Under the pieces are notes generated by a model. That model did not search any database and was not told the origin of the DNA. It was given only the letters and a program-made list of their open reading frames with translations. The translations under genes were made by a program, and so were the position numbers. A DNA stretch of 64,000 bases from Azolla caroliniana (Eukaryota; Plantae; Polypodiophyta), in contig JBHGNT010000009.1 in assembly GCA_043228905.1 (NCBI GenBank), forward strand, positions 16,182,001 to 16,246,000, read 5' to 3'. Of this stretch, positions 60,307 through 64,000 are shown in pieces (position 1 is the stretch's first letter; each line of letters opens with the position of its first letter).

Positions 60307-63300
60307 AGGAAGAGCAACTCCCGCACTTCCAAGCCGCTACATCTTCCAGCTGAATAGTCTGCTCCACAATAGCATGTATTCAAAATACATCACATGAAGC
60401 ATTACTAGATTCATGTAGCACAATCTCTTCAATTAGTTTAGATATAGTTAATCAGTTGCACTTACCAACATCACCTGCACCACTAATCCATGTAATTTTT
60501 GGCGACAAGCAAAAACTCTATAAATCATTCACACACGCACATTGCACTTTCACGCTAGCACAACATACTTTCGTCCATTCATTCGATGTCCTACCAAAAC
60601 AACTCTTTCCTTTAACATTAGGATGTGATTGGTTTGTTAAGCATGGGGCCCAATTGCATTTTGATACACAGACATTAGTTCTTCCACATCTGAGGCCCTG
60701 CCCCACAATCCCCCTTCTTAACACACCTCATACTAGCACACAGATCATGCATACTCAAATCCAAATAGAACCAGCACAATCACGTTTGGCCAATCTCCGT
60801 CGCCTACTCGGGAAGTTCCCGAAAATCTTTATGAAGACAAAAAAGACAACTCAATTAACTCCCAAGTGCAGCACGCCATACCCACAGCAGACTCTCCTCC
60901 GGTGCGCATGGCAGCTAGAAGGTAGTCACCACTTGATCATCAACAGATAAACACTGCAGTCCAAGAAATGCTCCAAAAGGATATTATTGAGCCGTCTAGC
61001 AGTGAATGGGTATCAGAACCTCATCTGGTCAGAAAAGATGACGGTACATTCAGATTTTGCATTGATTTCAGATTGCTAAATAAAATTACAAAGCATGGCA
61101 AGTATCCATTACCGCGCATCGACGATTTAATCGACCAACTCGGTAAGTCAAGATACTTTACATCTTTAGATCTGGCTTTAGGGTATTGGCAAATACCCCT
61201 ATGACTTGAAGATAAACACAAGACAGCTTTTAGAACACAACATGGCTTATACCAAATTAAGAGAATGCCCTTCGGATTATCAGATGCAGGCAACACATTC
61301 CAAAGAATGACGAACACCATTTTTCAAGACCTGATCCATAAAGGAGTCATACTGGTCTATCTCGACGATATACTAATACACACGACTGACTGGTTGTAAC
61401 ATGTTTAGGTTCTACAAGAAGTCCTCCTACGCATCCAAAAATATAACCTACAACTACAATTTAAGAAGTGCAAATGGGGAGCAACGGAATTACGATTTTT
61501 AGGATTCATGATATCCTCAAAAGGCATCCAACTTGACCCTGCGAAGATTCGAGCCATTGCTGATTATCCAACGCCAAGCAGCATCAAGTCCCTACAAAGC
61601 TTCCTTGGCCTTGTGAACTTTTCACTACGGTTTATTCCTAACCTTGCCATGGTCACAACTCCCTTAAGATTACTATTGAAAAAAGGATCAAAATATCAGT
61701 GGTCAGCAGATTGTATGCAAAGTTTTGAGAAACTCAAAAGATTAATCAAGGATGCGGGAACCTTGGCATTCCCAGACTTCAGTAAAGTCTTCCGCCTTCA
61801 AACAGATGCTTCCAATTATGGAATCAGGGCTGTGCTCCTGCAACAAGATGACAACGACGACTGGCAGTCGATCGCATACATCAATAGAGCATTGACGAAA
61901 TTAGAGCAAAACTACTCTACGACAGAAAAAGAGTTCTTGGCAATTGTTTGGGCATTCCAGAAGTTCCACCCTTACCTACATGGAACATCTGTCCAAGTAG
62001 AAACGAATCACCAGCCATTGGTATCACTCACCCACCAGGAAGACTACTACGATGGGCACTCGCTTTGCAAGAATACAATTTTACAATGATTTATTGGAGA
62101 GGAGCATCCAACACAGTTGCTGATGCTTTATCTCGGATGGAGTATCATGCTGCACAATGGGCAGAGGATTCTAATGACCTCCAATTTCAGCCACAACAAA
62201 TAGCACAAATGCAACAGCAAGACCCTATGATCAAGGACCTCATCCTGCGAATACAGAATAGCCATGACAAGCAGGTATACTGTCATTTTGTGTTAATTGA
62301 CAACATACTCCATTTTATTAGTCAAGGCCTCCCTCCACGTCTGTATTTACCGGAGGCATTACAAGCAACTTATCTCGAATTCTATCATAATCATCGGTTG
62401 ACAAGTCATTTCGGTTTCCATAAGCTCCTCCATCGCATTCGGTCAATGTATTATTGGCCAAAATTAAGACAGTCTATCTCTACATTCCTACAAACATGCC
62501 CCACATGTCAGACCGTAAAAAACCCACAGTCCACATACGGTACCTTGACACCCATTGAAGTCAAGGAACCGTTTGAGATGGTGGGATGGGACCTCATGGG
62601 CCCGTTCCCAACATCAATACAAGGAAACAAATATATTTTGGTAATTACAAAATACTTAACACGTTGGTGCGATGTTGTTGCCTTACCGGATGCAACAGCA
62701 AATACTGTCGCCAACACCCTTCTACAAAGGGTGATTTTTCCTCACGGATGCCCTCATCAAATTCTTTCAGATCAAGGTTCACAGTTCCGAAAGCGAAGTG
62801 ATGCAAGTTCTCACGCAGAGTTTGGGAATAAAGTAGTTGTTTACATCGCCGTATCATCCCCAGACTAACGGCCTCACAGAGAGAATGAATAAAACCATTA
62901 AACAAACTATTGCCGCCTATGTTGATCCTTTACATCAATCATGGGATCAAGTATTGCCGTTCGCGGTACACGCATACAACACCTCAGTACAAGAATCCAC
63001 CAAGGTGAGTCCATTTAGGGCATTGTATGGCCGCGATCCTCGTCTCCCACCAGACCCACGCACCATGAAAGTCAACCCACATCATAGTGATGCCACTTCG
63101 TGGTGGTTATACCTACAATCAACGATGCCTCTTCTCCGATGAGCCATTCAATATAATTTGAGTAAAGCCCAACAATGACAAAAGAAATACTTCGACAAAT
63201 CACATAGGCCAACCACACTCAACACCGGCGAATATGTTAGAGTCTATTACCCGGTACGGAAAAAGGGTCTTTGTGAATCATTCATGCACAGATGGTTAGG

Positions 63301-63589
63301 ACCATACAAGATCATAGCGCGCATCGGCTCGAACACTTATCGGTTGCGCCAAGTCGATAAATCGACGGAAATAGTCGCACATGTCTCGCGGATTAGGCGC
63401 ATACCTCCACCAACTGAGAATCCCCACCCTGACGACACCGGGGAGGACGCCACGGGTCTGTCGCAACCATCGACACGCCAAGATGTATCCACAATCGATA
63501 ACTCCACGGGTTTGTCGCAGCCATCGACACACCTGGATGTATCCATAGTTGAGGCGCAGGCGCATCCTCCACTCCGCATCAGACCATAG
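60282..63589 (+). pseudogene. Gypsy pol (PR-RT-RNase H-IN), many stops and frameshifts
   Basis: ALLDSCST (protease), FRFCIDFRLLN / YPLPRIDDL / YLDDILI (RT), LQTDASNYG and NYSTTEKE (RNase H), and HHCC with WDLMGP / SDQGSQF / NGLTERMN (integrase). Confidence 0.9.
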
Positions 63590-64000
63590 CCGCCCACAAT
63601 CGTCACACCATCGACAGTGTCACAGTCAACATCTCTGATAGGCATGGCACAGTGACTTTCATAGTAAAAAACCCTCGCTGCACAGTAGAGAAAAGAAAAA
63701 CAACGGAATATGTGACTAGGTCCTAATATGTAATTTTTTCTAAAAGGGGGAGGTGTCAAGTGTGGGGGACCACACTAGATGGTTTGGTCCCAAGAGGAAC
63801 CAACAAACTTGTAACTAACTAGGGGTAGAGCCAAGAAAGGTGGAAAACCTTATAAAGAGAGATGCCTACCAAGAGAAGAAAGGGTCGGTAATTGAGCACA
63901 TTATAGTATTTCATTATTTAGAATTTTTAGAATTTTTAAGATGTTCCTAAAATGAGAGAATAAGGTGTAAAAATGAAAAATTTGTTTAAAAACAATTTTT

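Larger units (their letters stand above)
58984..63905 (+). mobile_element. Complete but decayed Ty3/Gypsy element with 152-bp LTRs
   Basis: LTRs at 58984-59135 and 63754-63905 (two mismatches seen), 4-bp TSD GTAT (58980-58983 and 63906-63909), PBS TGGTGGAAATAATGGGCA, PPT AAAAGGGGGAGG and domain order gag-PR-RT-RH-IN. Confidence 0.95.

Overview
Eukaryotic plant nuclear DNA, probably from a non-seed plant such as a fern or lycophyte (inferred from gene and TE content, not proven). Positions 1-25.9 kb are a deeply nested LTR-retrotransposon cluster. It holds a decayed Gypsy, two old Copia elements, two young Copia elements (one fully intact, 1358 aa, with near-identical LTRs), two related solo LTRs with 4-bp TSDs, and a pol-less Gypsy derivative carrying an extra coiled-coil ORF. 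Positions 25.9-31.1 kb hold DNA-transposon-like fragments, palindromic TAGCTA arrays, a 144-bp hairpin insertion and a hAT MITE. Two intact spliced host genes follow, converging tail to tail: a 5-exon type II pectin methylesterase (+, 37357-43293) and a 13-exon, probably plastid-targeted, cyanobacterial-type MiaB tRNA methylthiotransferase (-, 49154-58477). Two 5'-truncated LINEs with similar target sites lie near them. The window ends with a complete but decayed short-LTR Gypsy element that has a -1 gag/pol frameshift and a 4-bp TSD. I found no RNA genes or CRISPR arrays. All coordinates were read by eye and no database search was run.
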